Shown: positions 22,670-37,957 of the stretch, piece after piece | Layout: every line of letters begins with the position of its first letter | Numbering within the stretch: the first letter of the stretch is position 1 | NCBI GenBank assembly: GCA_964035545.1 | Contig: OZ037770.1 | Location: forward strand, 15,490,642-15,554,641 | Reading direction: 5' to 3' | From: Bugula neritina | Taxonomy: Eukaryota; Animalia; Bryozoa | Length of the DNA: 64,000 nucleotides | Made by a program: the position numbers and the translations under genes | Notes under the pieces: generated by a model | The model's input: the letters and a program-made list of their open reading frames with translations, nothing else | The model's database searches: none | Told to the model about the DNA's origin: nothing

Positions 22670-25600
22670 TTAATCTTCTTCGCTTTCTGTCGTTTTCCTT
22701 ATGGTTTTATCTTTTCTTTTTTTGTATACAAATTTTCCACAAACACCAAATAGTCCAGCAATCAATTCGAATATCTCCAGAAAAGATATCACAGACATTC
22801 CTATCCACAATCCAAGATGGCCGCCAATACTACCAACCAAGTCTTCAAACTAAAATATGGACCAGTAAGAACTGAACTATACTTTTATGAACATTCTATC
22901 AACTTATCACAGGCATGTTGAGCAAAGAAACAAATTAACAAATAATAAATAAGTAACAAAAATTTTAAAATATAAATTTTAAAACTAATCATTCACATAA
23001 GCCTTAAATTTCAATAACGGTGTTGGTAGATAATTTTATTAATATTTGCTAGATGTAAGATTGCTTCTGTAGATACAAGTATATTGGAAAAATCAACACA
23101 TAAACAGCTAAATGTAGCTATAACTACCAGCAACTTAGCGACTGATTTGTAACATATACACGTACCGTCATGGCCGCTCTCTCCCTGAACACATGGTACT
23201 CCAAACTGTCAAAGTACATGTTGATATCCACGAATTCATTCTTTATATTCTGGTCACTGAGGCAAAACAAATAAATCGTATTATAACTATTATATATGAA
23301 TATATATGTATATGGTACTATGTACTATATACGTTATATTGTATGAATATGTATATATTATATAATAATATAATTATTTTATATGCAGTTATATATCAGA
23401 TTATATAAGATATCTTACATGATTTTATGATATAATCGGTACAAAACTGTATATCAGAACTATAGAGTAAAAGCAGCATAGCAGTCACAAACAATTAGGA
23501 TACTTTAGTAGTTGTGCTCTCACCTTGAGATATTCTGTCCAGAATCATCTATAAGTATGGATAGTCTGTCTTTCATGTAGCTTGTCCAAGATGGCTGAAA
23601 TTTGTATAATGCCAGGATATTGAAAACACGATTTGAATTATTAGTGTAGATGAGCTTCTAATTATAATAAGCAAGTAATTTAACAATTTTAAAAGGACTG
23701 TTTTAAACTAAAACAAAACATAATGAAATACTATTATAGCTTATCTATTTGATTTATACAGTACAAATTTATTGAAGTAGCAACTAAGACAGCCAATCAC
23801 CAGCCAGGTAGCATGCAAACAGCCAATCACCAGCCAGGTAGCAAGCAAACAGCCAATCACCAGAAGGCACTCATTCACCTGTTTACCTCGTACACCGCTG
23901 ATGGCCAATCACTGAAAGACACCGTAGGCCGATACTTTGCCTCTTTACACGGCAGCTGACAGGAACAGTCTTCCTTATACATCATGTTGAACTGTACGCT
24001 GGCAGCGCATATTCCAGCTGAATGTTAGAAATATTCAAAGTGATTAGAAAAATTACCATTAAATTTAGAAAATTATTTTTTATGTTGTGATTTTGTCCAA
24101 ATTAAACATGAAGTCTAGGGTTTTCTTTGGCAAAGAAAATAATTAAATTCAAACATAACTTTGTAAATTCAAAATGACTTAAATATAATATAACTTTTTA
24201 CTATTAGGCTATATTTATGCAGCTTACTTATTGATTTTTAGCAAACATTCTAAACATATATTATAGCAAGTTTATATTATACAATTATATTATACATATT
24301 ATACTATATTGTATTATATTACACCACACATTCTATATTATATTGCACACATTATATTATATTACCTTATAAATACTATACTATGTTATATCATATTATA
24401 TTATAAATAATATATTATATTACATTATATACATATTATATTATATTATGTTACATTATACATATTATATTATATTATATTATGCTATATTATACATATT
24501 ATATTATATTACAGTATGACTTGCCATTTTCAGCCATACAGATATTGTAGCCAGCAACTGGAGTTAGGAGTGAATTCAGACAGCCACATCTCTTGTAAGT
24601 TAGGAGTTGTATGCACATCTCATAACATCCCTGAATCACAATAAGACATCAACAGCACTGCCAGAAACTTAAACCTATCTAAAGATATAGTTGATAGTTT
24701 GTACTATTATAGCTCTTATAATTACAGCACAATACAAACAGCAAGTTAAGTATTCTAATGGTTCTGCTGTTACAGCTTTTATTTGAGACTTAGCTGGTCT
24801 TTTTAAGCAAGCTAAATTTTCTTTTAACAATCGTACTTGAATTTAAAAAGAAAAATCGGAATAAAAAAGCATTTTAAAGTAATTATTAATTGATTTTAAT
24901 AATTGAAATTGCTTAGCAATGCTAGCAGCACCTGCAGTGAGTAAGTTCCCGGTATAACGAAGTCAGAAAAGTTGCCATGGGGAGTAAACTCCACTCCACT
25001 AGTACAGTTGCTGTAGTACTCTCCTTTTAGCCTTTCTATTTCATACTGTACAAAGTATACATACAAGAAATCTTACAAAGTGTGAAAGCGTTTTGAGTAT
25101 ATTTTAGTAAATTTATTAATTTCACTCTCTGGAACCATGAACTCTGTTAGAAATCATAAAAATGCAAGTTTCAGACATTTGTGTTAGCTGTGTTCAAGAG
25201 TTGATCACTGTTGTACATGCAGCAGGTGCTTTTGAATGTAGCACACTATGTGTGAAGTGTCATACAACCATTACCATATATGGAAATGTTTGTGTTTCTG
25301 GTAGTATATGAGCAATAATACAGTTTATCTAGCTGAGAATAATATGACTATATATAACTAGACGTACATAACTGAGAGCTACAGAGCTCCTTAGTCCTGG
25401 AGGTACGTTAAATCCTTTGTCCATATTAGGAAGTTCACCTTGTCTGTGTACCAGAACCCTAATACCTGCCTGGTTACCTAGACCAGGTATGTACTGCTTC
25501 TGGTTCACAAACAGAGTCATAGACAAACCTGAAAAAGTACTCATAATTTTATACAAGCAAGATTTTATACGAAATTGAACTTTTTCACATTTTTAAAATT

Positions 25601-28600
25601 CAAATCTAAATAATTTTGGATAAAAATGCTTTTTATGAATTTTTCATTTATACAAAGAAAAAATTGGGTTGTTTGTACTTCAAAACATAGACTTTGCCTA
25701 TTTGTAAGCTGATAAGTAAAGTACTTTTTAGGCTGAAGTAAAACTAGTATAGACTGAGTAAGAGTTATCTTACCATACATTGGACCTGCAACCAGTGACG
25801 TGGCGTAACTCCCATTCAGTCCACTGTTGAATGTAAAGCAGTTACCATACTTTCCATCAAAATACTTGTAGAAATCTCTGCCAGTACAATGGTAATGAGA
25901 ACAGAAATATAACTGCAGACTAATAAAAGATAATCAAACTTGTATCCACTCAGTTTATGGTGGAATAAATAGTTGTAGTGGATACGTACGTTGGATGACA
26001 AATCTCGTTGTTGAAGGTACACCCTTGTAGCATATCTGTGATGTCATACGCAGCATCTGAAATTATATGACGGCCATAGTTGTAATGTCAATTAATGTTT
26101 GTTATATTAGTGAGACTTATATTGGTGATACAAGTTGTTTCAGCTGTTGTATTTGCATGAGTCAATATTTACTAAATCAGAATGTTAATCCTCTGCCCAT
26201 AGTATATGTGTATAGTCTTACCTAAAGACCATACAAGATAAATAATAAGTAGATCACTTAGGCAGCTAATTCACTTTGACCTAAATTAGTCAGTAGTCTA
26301 AGAATTATTTCTACCAGCATAAAGTTACTTGATAGCCGTTTATTCATGTAATGTGGGCTGTGAATGCTTTGCATAACTGCATGCAAGGTAATGATGGGTT
26401 GGGTTTTTTAAATACAAAAATGAATAATATAAATACAAATTTGTTTTCGACTATAGATTGAAAGTTTCCTTTTTTTACATACAAAAACTTGAATATTCTG
26501 GGAAAAAGATTGTTTTAAATCTACAAAGAAAGTCTTGATTGCTGTTTTAGTTCTGAAAATTAAAATTGCAATTATATGTCACTTGATGAATTTTAGTCAA
26601 AAATTGACCAACAGTTGAGTGCAGTTGCACTAGCAAACAATAATAGATGACTGCAGACTGCTATAGGTTAAACTAAATCTAGGTAAGCCATGTTGGATAT
26701 ATGTAGTATGTATTTCATAAATATTTCCTAAAATCAGTTGAGAAAATACGTTTTGAATTTAAGTTCTAAATGATTAGAAGTATGACTCAGGTATGACTCA
26801 TGCCCCTTACCTTTCAGTTTCTCGTGATCTATATCAGACGCGACTGAAAGCACATGTAAAACTGCCAACTCATAGAAAGCATTGAGTCTGTGTCTCTTCC
26901 AGTAACTCTCAGTCTTGGAAGACAGAGTTGGCTGGTCATAAAGATGTTTCTAGAAACAACATTATACTATATATTTTGGCTTAATGCCAAATGCTTAATG
27001 CTTTGTCACAATCTAAATTTCAGCAGTAAATAGCTTCACTAATGAAGTTTATGGTATAGAAATAAGCATTTTAATGTACCGATTGCTGATGCAGCTGTCG
27101 AAATAGAGTCACAAATGGAAGTACCAAAGCTTAGATGCTCCATAAATCATAATTATCTTCAAATAAAAAAAAAGCATAAATTGAGCAGCAAAATTTTGTG
27201 AATAAAGCAGATAAAGAATCTTCAATTAAAAAGAGAATATTTAGCTGTCATTTAAAATAATATATTAATTTAACCCAAATAAAGCAAACTGTTGCTGCTG
27301 ATTTAGAACAAACCTTTACAACCTCCTAAAACAAACACAGTTTACTTTTAAGTTAATTTGAAGTTGTCTTACTAATCGATTGATGAGATTTAGTTTATCA
27401 TCTGGAATATTGACTCTTAGAGCTGCAGAAGCACTGGAGACCAGTCTTTCAGGGGAGTTAATTCCAAAGAAGGATTCGGTGGTTGTCTCTATCGACGGTA
27501 AGATATAAGAGTGTTCGCAGTAAGATAGAGTGTAGGGAATCCTCAAACAATACATGTGTATATTGTTGGAAGATTTGTATATGAGTTTAGCAGAGCAGTA
27601 CATATTATACTTATCAACACAAAACCGTTTCTTTTAAAATGTTTTCGGATGCATTTAAAATCTTTTTGTTGAAAAGGTTCACCAAATTTCAACTTTTCTA
27701 ATGACATCAGAAGTAAGTGGTAGAACACATCTTAATACTTTGTGAATATTGCTTTAAATGTCGATTAGCTTACCTTGCCCAGGATAGTCAGAACTCTTTC
27801 TGTTGACATAGTCAGGGTTCTTTCTGTGGGCGTAGTCAGATATTATTTTAACATAGGACAGGACCAGAGGTTCCACTTTGTCAACTTGAAAAGGGTTCAG
27901 ATTGCAGAAGGTTACAGCGGGAAAGTCAATTGCATCAAATTTTATCTGGAAAAATATATTTCGAACCACATGTTGGAATTTACTGGTAAAAGTGTGTATG
28001 TGTACTTGTTTGTAGAGAAGAGTTTATACTGTAAAGTTAGTATACTAGTAGTATATGCAAATACCGTCATGAAAAGTGCAATACACACTAAATAGTTTAT
28101 AAAGATTTCATCGCACTTGCAAAGTTTATCTGAACAGTATTTTTTATAATCCTATAAAACATAAAAAAGCTTGTTGCTAGTTCACACTCTCAGGTAAAAA
28201 AAAGTTGAACATTATAAAGTCAATCAATCTTCTTTAAACAGACTCATGCTCTTACAAAAATTATTAACTCAGTGGTTATTAAGAAGAAAATGCTTTAAGA
28301 CTAATGGCGTGACTCTGTGGCTAGCACAGCATCTCTCAGTTTCTGATATACTTAAAAAATTTTTGTAGCCATAACTGCTCAGTGAAAGTTACAACTGTTA
28401 AGAGAACGACATTCTCACCTGCACGTCAGTTGTGGTCTCATATTTCCTGTATTGTATTATCAACTCATAACTGAAGTAACCAAATACACAAACACCTGTG
28501 AGAAATAGAATTACCCAGAATACTTTTCCAGCTACAAATCTGTGTCCCACAATCTACAAGTGTTAGAGTCTGGTAAATAAATTTATTTAATGCTTCTTGT

Positions 28601-29766
28601 CATTAAGAATTTGATTAACTGAAGTTTAATCCATGTTATCCATATATCATATAATGTATCATATAATACGTCATATAAAGATATCACTATTGATATAACA
28701 CATAATATGACATATAAGGTATCACATAATATATTACATAATACATTGCATAATATGTTATACAATATTATATCATATTACATATAGTATATCATATAAT
28801 ATGTTATATAATACATTACACAGTATATTACACAATATATAATATTATGCTCTAGTACTATTCAACTTGCCTTCAAAGTATAAGTCGAAATATAATTTTT
28901 TTGATTCAGCACCACCATATGAAGAGAAGTTACTATTTATACAGCTTGATTTTGATTACAGAGCAAGATTGCTACACTTTGTGTCTGTCTGTGTGTCTAG
29001 TTGTCTGTCTGCTTGTCTATGTTGTCTGTCTGTGTGTCTAGTTGTCTGTCTGTGTGTCTAGTTGTCTGTCTGTGTGTCTAGTTGTCTGTCTGTTAGTCTA
29101 GTTGTCTGTCTGTGTGTCTGTCATTTCATGAAACAACAGGATACAAGCTCAAAACATTTATCTAAAATTTATTACTGTTAGAGTTGTGCTGCACATACCA
29201 CAACATCAATTAATTAATTGATTGATTGATTGATTGGTTTATTACATGTCACAGGTATGAAAACATGTTGCAAAATTAAGTGTTAAGACACTGGTTTTTC
29301 TTCTTACAGTGAAACTAGTACATTCAAAGAGTTAGCATAATCAGGTTATACTTTGTTGAAAATAGCTCAAAAATATCACTTCATGTAGCTATATTTGGGA
29401 TAAAAGTGTAATAATTATGAATATTTCTTGTTCATGCAGTTGATGGACTCACCAATGTTTCGTTTCTATATATTCACTGAATGTGCTGTGAGTCAAACAC
29501 TAAGTTCGTAAAAACTTTATCTAAACAATAGCAAGAAAACTTTAAGTGACTGGACTAGAAATCTGAGTCTATGAAACTCTCACCTTTGGTGGTCCGTGAG
29601 CACTCGTAGACTCAGAGAAATCTTTAACCACTGAACTCAATTTTCGTTTCAGTTCTGGTCGTTGTCTCTTTAAATGCTCTCCACAATGTCCATTCCGCTG
29701 CATGCTATCAAGCTTTTCTTGCTTTGGCTTTTGAACTTTCAGCTGCTCCTGTTTTTGCTCCTTCAT
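22670..29766 (-). CDS. DEG/ENaC amiloride-sensitive channel subunit, paralog 1 (13 coding exons)
   Basis: Exon 1 29766-29584 (STSAHGPPK), TM1 [36 protein letters not shown], Cys-rich thumb (GCYEMC..CGC, CSCQLPC) and last exon 22849-22670 with TM2 [25 protein letters not shown]. No stops seen in the exons read. Confidence 0.93.
28980..29120. repeat. 20-bp GTCTGTCTGTGTGTCTAGTT minisatellite (homolog at about 37295-37450)
   Basis: Tandem units in intron 1 of ENaC paralogs 1 and 2. Confidence 0.9.
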
Positions 29767-30961
29767 GTTTCAGATTCGTGTAGACAGTACGTTATATGTT
29801 GTTATCCAGCAGATGAAGTAGATGTGAATAATATTTGAGCTGCTGTGTCAGGATGTTGTAAGTATATAGACAGGATAAGATGCTGGTACATCGAGGTAAT
29901 TCTTAATATAATGAATGTAACAATTCTTTAGCCTAGCATATGACCGGAAAACATTCCTTTACTCCAGTATATCTTATTAGCGAAATCTATACCTGTCCCT
30001 GGAATGTGCATTTACTTATGGTGTAATGATTTGCAGTAAATTAAAAAAGCAATCACCATTATGTCAATATTGTAGTGACGTAATATTGTATTGAAACAGT
30101 AATATATCAATATATACATATTATTTTATATAGGCAATTATTGCGCATAATATATTATTATATATTATTATCATTAAATATATTCTACTAATGAAAAATG
30201 GGCACAAATTATATAAGTTGTTTGTGTAGGACTCATTAATTAAATAAAAAACTTTCAATTTGAATCCCAATTTGATTTCACAAAAATTATATGATTAGAA
30301 TAGCGCTTCTTATAAATGCGAATTGCTTGTCACATGAAAATAATAATTTAGTGCAACTACAAATAAATAATTATTATCCTTATAGCCTACTATAATCGTA
30401 TTTTTTATTATATTATTAAAATATAACAGAAGCCAATTGCAAGCTAATTATATTATGATATATGAATATAAAATATAACAAAAATATGAAAACTGGCTTT
30501 GTCTAAAAGAATGTATAGAATTAGAATAAGCATCTACAATTTCATACATATTAAATATACTAGATAATAGGCAAAAAGTTACAGAAGACAAACTACTAAA
30601 ACTTCTGTCACAAGTTAATGAATAAAGTTACTTTAAACTTGCATAAAATAACTTCTAAGAGAATTTGTTTTCTGTTTGCTGCACTGCTGTGCAGAAATTT
30701 AAATTATTGCTTAACTTGAGTTTCTGAGTTTAGGCTAGAGTTTTTGGTTCGATCTGAAGCATTATTGTACAAGCAGATAATTTTCCACGCTGAAAATATT
30801 TACTGCAACTCTGTAACTCAAAAAGAGGCAACTTTGTTTAAATATTTTTTCAACTCAAGTTTGTTTACAGGAACTGATTTGTATGCATTCAATGTTGCCC
30901 TCTATACTGTTCTATGTAGCTGTTTAAACTGTTTCATATTGTTTAGATTGGTTTCTATTGC

Positions 30962-33900
30962 TCAAGATTGCTCTAAATCTTTATTTTTAGTTTTGTTTTT
31001 TCTTCTTTTGTATACAAACTTTCCACAAACACTGAATAGACCAGCAATCAGTTCGAATATCTCCAGAAAAGATATCACAGACATTCCTATCCACAATCCA
31101 AGATGGCCGCCAATACTGCCAACCAAATCCTCAAGCTAAAACAGACAACCCTAATGTTGAATAATAAAACTCAAAGTTAGCATTGTAACATAAATTTTGT
31201 ATGCTAATATAAAATAAATTGAAATATATTTGCTTAGCATATTTAAGTCGGTAATTAATTTTAGTTTTAGTTTGTATAACAAAATACAAAAAGAACACTT
31301 ATTCAGCTACTTACCTTCATGCTGGCTCTTTCTGTGAACACCGTGTATTTTAGACTCTCAAAGTACACCTCAATGCTGACAAACTCATTCTTTATGCTAA
31401 AAAACAAGATATAATTGTTTTAAATCTCATTCACCACATACTAGTTGGAGGATCATATGACTCGATCAAATTAATTTTACCAATTAAATGATTTAATGGA
31501 GGTTAGGAAAATTTTACTTTTCAAAACTTTTGGATGATTTTAGAAATGTTTGTATACAAAACTACACATTATGCAGATTTTTGAAGTAAAAAATGGCAAA
31601 AGTATTAATTTCTTTTAATTTTAGAGCATAATATATAACTCCAAAATCTTAAATATTTTCAATCAACCCTGTTATACTTACTCTGATACATTTTGTAATG
31701 TTGGTACTCTTTCTTTCATATAAGGAGTCCAGGTCGCCTGAAACAGTCATGTGACAGTCATGTGAGTGATTAACTTATTTTGTTGCAACTATAAATGTAA
31801 GACAACACACGGATTTAATTGTTGAGCTTGGCTCGCACATATTTGAACTTACCTCGTACTTGGCAGCTGGCCAATCACTGAATGACAAGCTGGTGGAATA
31901 CTCGAGCTCCTTGCACGGCAGAGGGCAAGAGCAGTTAACTCCGTACACAATATCATATTGCACTCTCAAGCTGCACAATCCTGTTTGTATGAAATGCATA
32001 ATAGTATTGGCATTAGTACGACAACTCCTAGCATACACTGCTCAATCTCAGTTATTCACCAAATAGTCAATTAGGTACAAGTTATTTACTATCACCAACG
32101 AAGTTTCGACACTGAGAGCTTCAATAAGAACAAAATAGTAAATGAGTGCAGTACACAAATCTAGTACTATCAGTATCACTATCACTATCACTATCACTAT
32201 CACTATCACTAAGAAAGTTCAATAGATGGTTTCAATCAGAACAGACTGATAAATGAGTGCAAGCCTAAGATCCTAGTAATACTTGCATATTATTTATGAA
32301 ATGCATTGCATACCCTCATCATCACTTGTACAGACTCTGTATCCAGGAACTTGGGTGAGCATGGCACTTGAACATCCGCAGCTTTGATAGATCAGCTCCT
32401 GTACACACATGTCGTAGCACCCCTAGACCAAGAGAACACAACTTAACCTCTTAGTATATGGTATATTACCCGCAGAGTGTGTATAGTCTTATAGTAACAA
32501 ATATTACCTGCAGTGTGTATATGGTTTCATAATAACAAATATTACCTGCAGTGTGTATAACATAGTCTTATAATAATAAATATTACCTGCAGGGTGTATA
32601 GTCTTTTAGTAACAAATATTACCTGCAGTGTGTATAGCCCTGGAATAGCAAAGTCTGGGTTCTCAGGACTATATTCTTCTTCATTAGTACAGTTACTGTA
32701 ATGTTTACCCTGCAGTCTGTTCACTTCAGACTATTGTAAGTGCAGCACATAAAATAAAGAGATGTTCATCTACTATGTCAATACAATACATGTATATGGC
32801 TGTAATTTGCAATACATGTTTTTATATGGGAATTTTGTCCTATGAATAAATCAAATTTATTGTTTCCAGAACTTCAAATTACATCATGCAGGTATTAAAT
32901 TAGAAAAGTAAGTTTTTGTAAATACAGAAATGCTTTAATCAAGTACCTGTCACTACAAACATTAACGTTTTGTGAACATGTGGTAATAAGTGTATGTAGG
33001 CCATGAAAACATCTCCTATATAGTAATTATTATTATAAATTAAAAATAAATAAATTTAGCTGAAATTTAACAAATATTTAGAATTAAAATTTTGACGTAC
33101 ATAACTGAGAGCTACCGAGCTCCTTAGTCCTGGAGGTACGTTAAATCCTTTTTCCATATTAGGAAGTTCACCTTGTCTGTGTACGAGAACCCTAATACCT
33201 GCCTGATTACCTAGACCAGGTATGTACTGCTTCTGGTTTACAAACAGAGTCATAGACAAACCTGAAATTACATTGTAAACAACTTTTCAACTGGTATAGA
33301 AGTTTGATATCTTTCATATTATTTATTTGATATTTAAAAGATACTGATACATAAAATTGGACATTAGATATTATTAAATTTTTTTAGGTCAATTAAGTAG
33401 AAATTTATTGTTATTTGATAGGTTATAGTTGATTCAAACTTAAACTTGTACATCAAAGTTATTCACAGAAAACTTTGTTTAAAGCGACTAATTACAGTGT
33501 ATATTGGGTGCTGATTTGCTACTCGCCATTTTGATTGTGTGCTGATTGGCTACTCACCGTGTTTACTGCATGCTGATTGGCTACTCACCGTGTTGACTGC
33601 ATGCTGATTGGCTACTCACCGTGTTGACTGCATGCTAATTGGCTACTCACCATGTTGTCGACCTGCAACTCGTGCCTTAGCATAGCTGTTGTTTAGTCCA
33701 CTGTTGAAAGTAAAACAGTTGCCATATTTCCTGTCGTAGAACCGGTAGAAGTCACTGTATAAATAACACAGAGATGACATGCTATTGCATTACTCTATTC
33801 CAGCTTACTCAAAAGTATAATAAATAATATTGGATATTAAGCAGATTTTCAATACTTAATATGAAATTGCTGTTATCATAAAATCTATATCAATAAAATA

Positions 33901-36900
33901 ATTTATAGTAGAGAAACATCAGTATTATGCTACAATAATTAACAAAAAGCTATGCTAATATTAATACTAAATAGGTTACGTATTGGCAATGAAACACACA
34001 CTATGGTAATGTGTAGTTAAAATATTTGGGGTGTTTTCTTACAGCTAGATACTAATAATTCACTACTTTAGCCTAAGAGGAGTTTGGATCGATTTGCTAC
34101 TGCTGGTGATTACTATGATCTTAGGCTATCATATAGAAACAATGTATATCTAGTTTCTACTGGTATTCTATCTGAAAGCCTTCTGAGAATGAGTCAGGGA
34201 AATGGAGCACCTGGGGTTACAGAATCTGCTGTTGAATGTGCATCCTTGCATCATCTCTGTCAGCTTGTATGCAGCACCTGCAACAACCAAATTTTATTTA
34301 ACTTTTATTGCACAACATAAAGAAAGCTTCTGTTGAAATTTTATTGTCATTAAGTTTAAGCAAATAAAGAGTTTCCTACTTGAGCATTTCTCAAAATAGT
34401 AAATATTTTAGATATTGGCCCTAGAAATTTTGTGAATTACAGCAAGATTACAAGGACTCTCTATGTACTACTCAACAATTACTTTCTCTGTGAATAGAGC
34501 AAGAAGATTTCAAAATGTATAAGTTTCTATGAGTTGAGGTATGATAAAATTCTTCGCAGCATGTATTAATTACAAGGCCTTAGAGATATCAGCTTTTATA
34601 GCTAGTGTGCTAAGTCAATTTACACAGTTACCTCTACACACACTTACCTCTACACACACTTACCTCTACACACACTTACCTTTACACACACTTGTCACAG
34701 CATGCTGCTGCTTTGTTGAAGTCATTGAAATCGCTTTTACTCAGCAGTACTCAGCAGTACTCAGCAGTACTATGCAGTACTATACAGTACTATGCAGCAC
34801 TATGCAGTACTATACAGTACTATGCAGTACTATGCAGTAATATACAGTACTATATACAGTACTATGCAGTACTATACAGTAATATGCAGTACTTCGCAGT
34901 ACTATGCAGTAATATGCAGTACTATGTATAGTACTATGTAGTACTATGCAGTACTATACAGTACTATGCAGTACTATACAGTACTATGCAGTACTATACA
35001 GTACTATGCAGTACTATACAGTACTATGCGATATTATGCAGTGCAGTTGAATAGTTTCTATAGTTCATTGATAACCTCACATACCAGCTTAATAAATTTT
35101 ATATCAAAATTGATCTTTAAAAAGCTTTGAAATGCTTCTGAAATTTAAAGAATTTATATTTTGCTTTATATGTTGTTTTATCTAGATGGCTAACTTACTC
35201 TTTAAGGCTTCTTCATCAATGTCCGGTATTAATGCCAAAAAATTTAAAGAAGCCAATTCAAATAGGGCGTTGTCTTGATACTTTCTCCAGTAGTTCAGTT
35301 CCTCAGCAGAGAGTTCTGGTTGATCATAAAGTTGTCTCTAAATTTAATTGAAAACACAGGATAAAATTAATGCAGTTTCAATTGAAATCTAAGGCTAAAA
35401 CAGAAAAAAATACAAATAAACATAACTCAAAAAATCACAACTTGATACAACTTTAAAGAAGAATTAAATGTTAGTTCTTTGTCACTGAACATACTATATA
35501 TTGAAACATAAACAGGCATATATCTGCGGACTAAAAGCACAGCCTGTAATTATAATGGGTGGCATACCAGACGTTCAATAGCTTCAACTTTCGTTTCTGA
35601 AGCATCACTCAGAAGGCTGGAGACTTCCCCGGAAAAAAACGGCTCTGGAGCTTCGGTTGCCTGGAACGACTGAGTGGTTGTCTCTATTGAGTAGATATAG
35701 TATAGTGAGTAGATATAGTATAGAGAGAGTAGAGACAGTATAGAGAGTAGATATAGTATAGTGAGTAGAAATAGTATAGTGAGTAGATATAGTATAGAGA
35801 GAGTAGAGACAGTATAGAGAGTAGATATAGTATAGTGAGTAGAAATAGTATAGTGAGTAGATATAGTATAGAGAGAGTAGAGACAGTATAGAGAGTAGAT
35901 ATAGTATAGTGAGTAGAAATAGTATACAGGGAGTAGAGACAGTATAGAGAGTAGAAGAGTTGGGCCAGTTGCAAACAAGCAATAGCAACAGAGACATAAC
36001 ACTGTTAAGTTATTTTGAAGAAAAGATGGCTGCTTTTTCACAGCATAAAATTAAAAGCAGATTGAAGCAGCTGCATAGGCATAAGTATTTCACTATCACA
36101 AGCTAAGGAGTATGTGAACACATCTGGTAAACTTACAGGGAGTGTGTGAAAACGTCTCGTAACCTTATAGAAACATAGCCTACAACCTACCGTTATTATA
36201 ACCAGTATTCTCATTCCCACTATGTAGCTGAAAGCTCAAGTATAGAAGATAGTCCTGAATGACCTTGTCAGTCTTATCAGTTTGGAAGGGGTTCAAATTA
36301 CAGAAAGTAACCGCCGGAAAGTCTATGGCATCGAATTTTATCTAAAAGGTTATACATGTGTAAAGAATGCAAAAGTCACTAAATTGGGCAAAATGACTTA
36401 TAGGTGCTAGCAAGTTTCATTAGCCGCAAGAACACTTATGTTGGTTTAAATTTTTTATCTCTGTGAGAACTCTTAATGGTGAGAAAAGTTTAATCAGCAA
36501 ACTAAGCACTCTGTCTCACTATATTCTGACAATGTCGTCTTAAGACTTTCACTCTATCACAGAGACAATTATTTTCGAATGTTCTTCCTTTCAACAACTT
36601 TGCCATTATAAGCTATACATTTTTAAAGCAATGAATGTATACAATGTGTGGAAACCAGTCATGACTTGTGCAGTTCAGGTAAAGAGACAATGGTGAACTA
36701 CGAATACCTAAATATCAGAAGTTGATATCATGCAAATTTTTAATAATTTTCATATTGAAAATCATTAGTGTTAACAAGCAGAGAAAACAAGAGAGGCATA
36801 TAACTGTTTTATAAAATATTGTATTGATTTTCTCACCTGTACATCAGTTGTGGTTTCATGCTTCCTATATTGTATTATCAACTCATAACTGAAGTATCCA

Positions 36901-37957
36901 AATACACAAATACCAGTGAGAAAAAGAATTACCCAGAATACTTTTCCAGCTACATATCTGTGTCCCACAATCTACAAGTGTTATAGTTGGGTAAATAAAT
37001 TAATTTAATGCTTCTTGTCATGAAAATTTAGATTAGATAAAGTTTAAACATGTTATTTATATCATATAATGTACCATATACAATATTACATAATATATTA
37101 CATATAGTATATCACACAGTATGTTATATAAAAATCACATATAACATACTGTATATGCTCTGATACTATTTCACTTGCTTCGGTATTACTTTAAAGTAAG
37201 CCGTGATATAATTGTTTTATTTCAGCATAACTATTCAAAGAGAAATTATTATTTATACAGCTTGATTTTGATTACAGAGCAAGATTGCTACACTTTGTGT
37301 CTGTCTGTGTGTCTAGTTGTCTGTCTGCTTGTCTATGTTGTCTGTCTGCTTGTCTATGTTGTCTGTCTGTGTGTCTAGTTGTCTGTCTGTGTGTCTAGTT
37401 GTCTGTCTGTGTGTCTAGTTGTCTGTCTGTTAGTCTAGTTGTCTGTCTTTATTACTGTTAAAGTTGTTTTTGTTCTACAGTGAAGCTATAGTTGCAGTTG
37501 CAGGCTATGCCTTGGTGAATAGCTGAATACAATTACTCCAAAACTATAATATTTTTGCTGCAAGTTTAAAACTTATAAATATTTTTATTTTTTAGAAGCT
37601 CTTAAACAATATTCTTGTTCAGTTGACATATTTTTATGCAGTCTATCGACTCACCAATGTTTTGTTTCTATTCACTGAGTGTGTTTTGAGTCAAACACTA
37701 AATTGGTAAAAAAACTTTATCTGAACAATAGCAAGACAACTTTTGAACAAGAAATCTGAGTATGAAAATCTTACCTTTGGTGGTCCGTGAGCACTCGTAG
37801 ACTCAGAAAAATCTTTAACCACTGAACTCAATTTTTGTTTCAGTTCTGGTCGGTGTCTCTTTAAACGTTTTCTACAATGTCCATTCTGCTGTATTCTATC
37901 AAGCTTTTCTTGTTTTGACGTTTGAATCTTCAGCTGCTTCTGTTTTTGCTCCTTCAT
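30962..37957 (-). CDS. DEG/ENaC channel subunit, paralog 2 (chimeric)
   Basis: Same exon set: exon 1 37957-37775, exon 2 36971-36837, [34 protein letters not shown]2 [11 protein letters not shown], stop at 30962. Confidence 0.93.
34740..35040. repeat. 10-bp CAGTACTAT(G/A) satellite
   Basis: About 30 units in a paralog 2 intron. Paralog 3 has only a seed at about 42350-42370. Confidence 0.9.
35686..35955. repeat. 16-18-bp GAGTAGA(A/T)ATAGTATA satellite abutting a splice acceptor
   Basis: Tandem units immediately upstream (minus strand) of the ETTTQSF exon. Confidence 0.9.

Noticed and set aside
19408-29766. Knot proteins as ligands of the adjacent DEG/ENaC channels, or fucosylated by the adjacent FUT
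   Set aside because: Only adjacency supports it, and animal gene neighbours are usually functionally unrelated.
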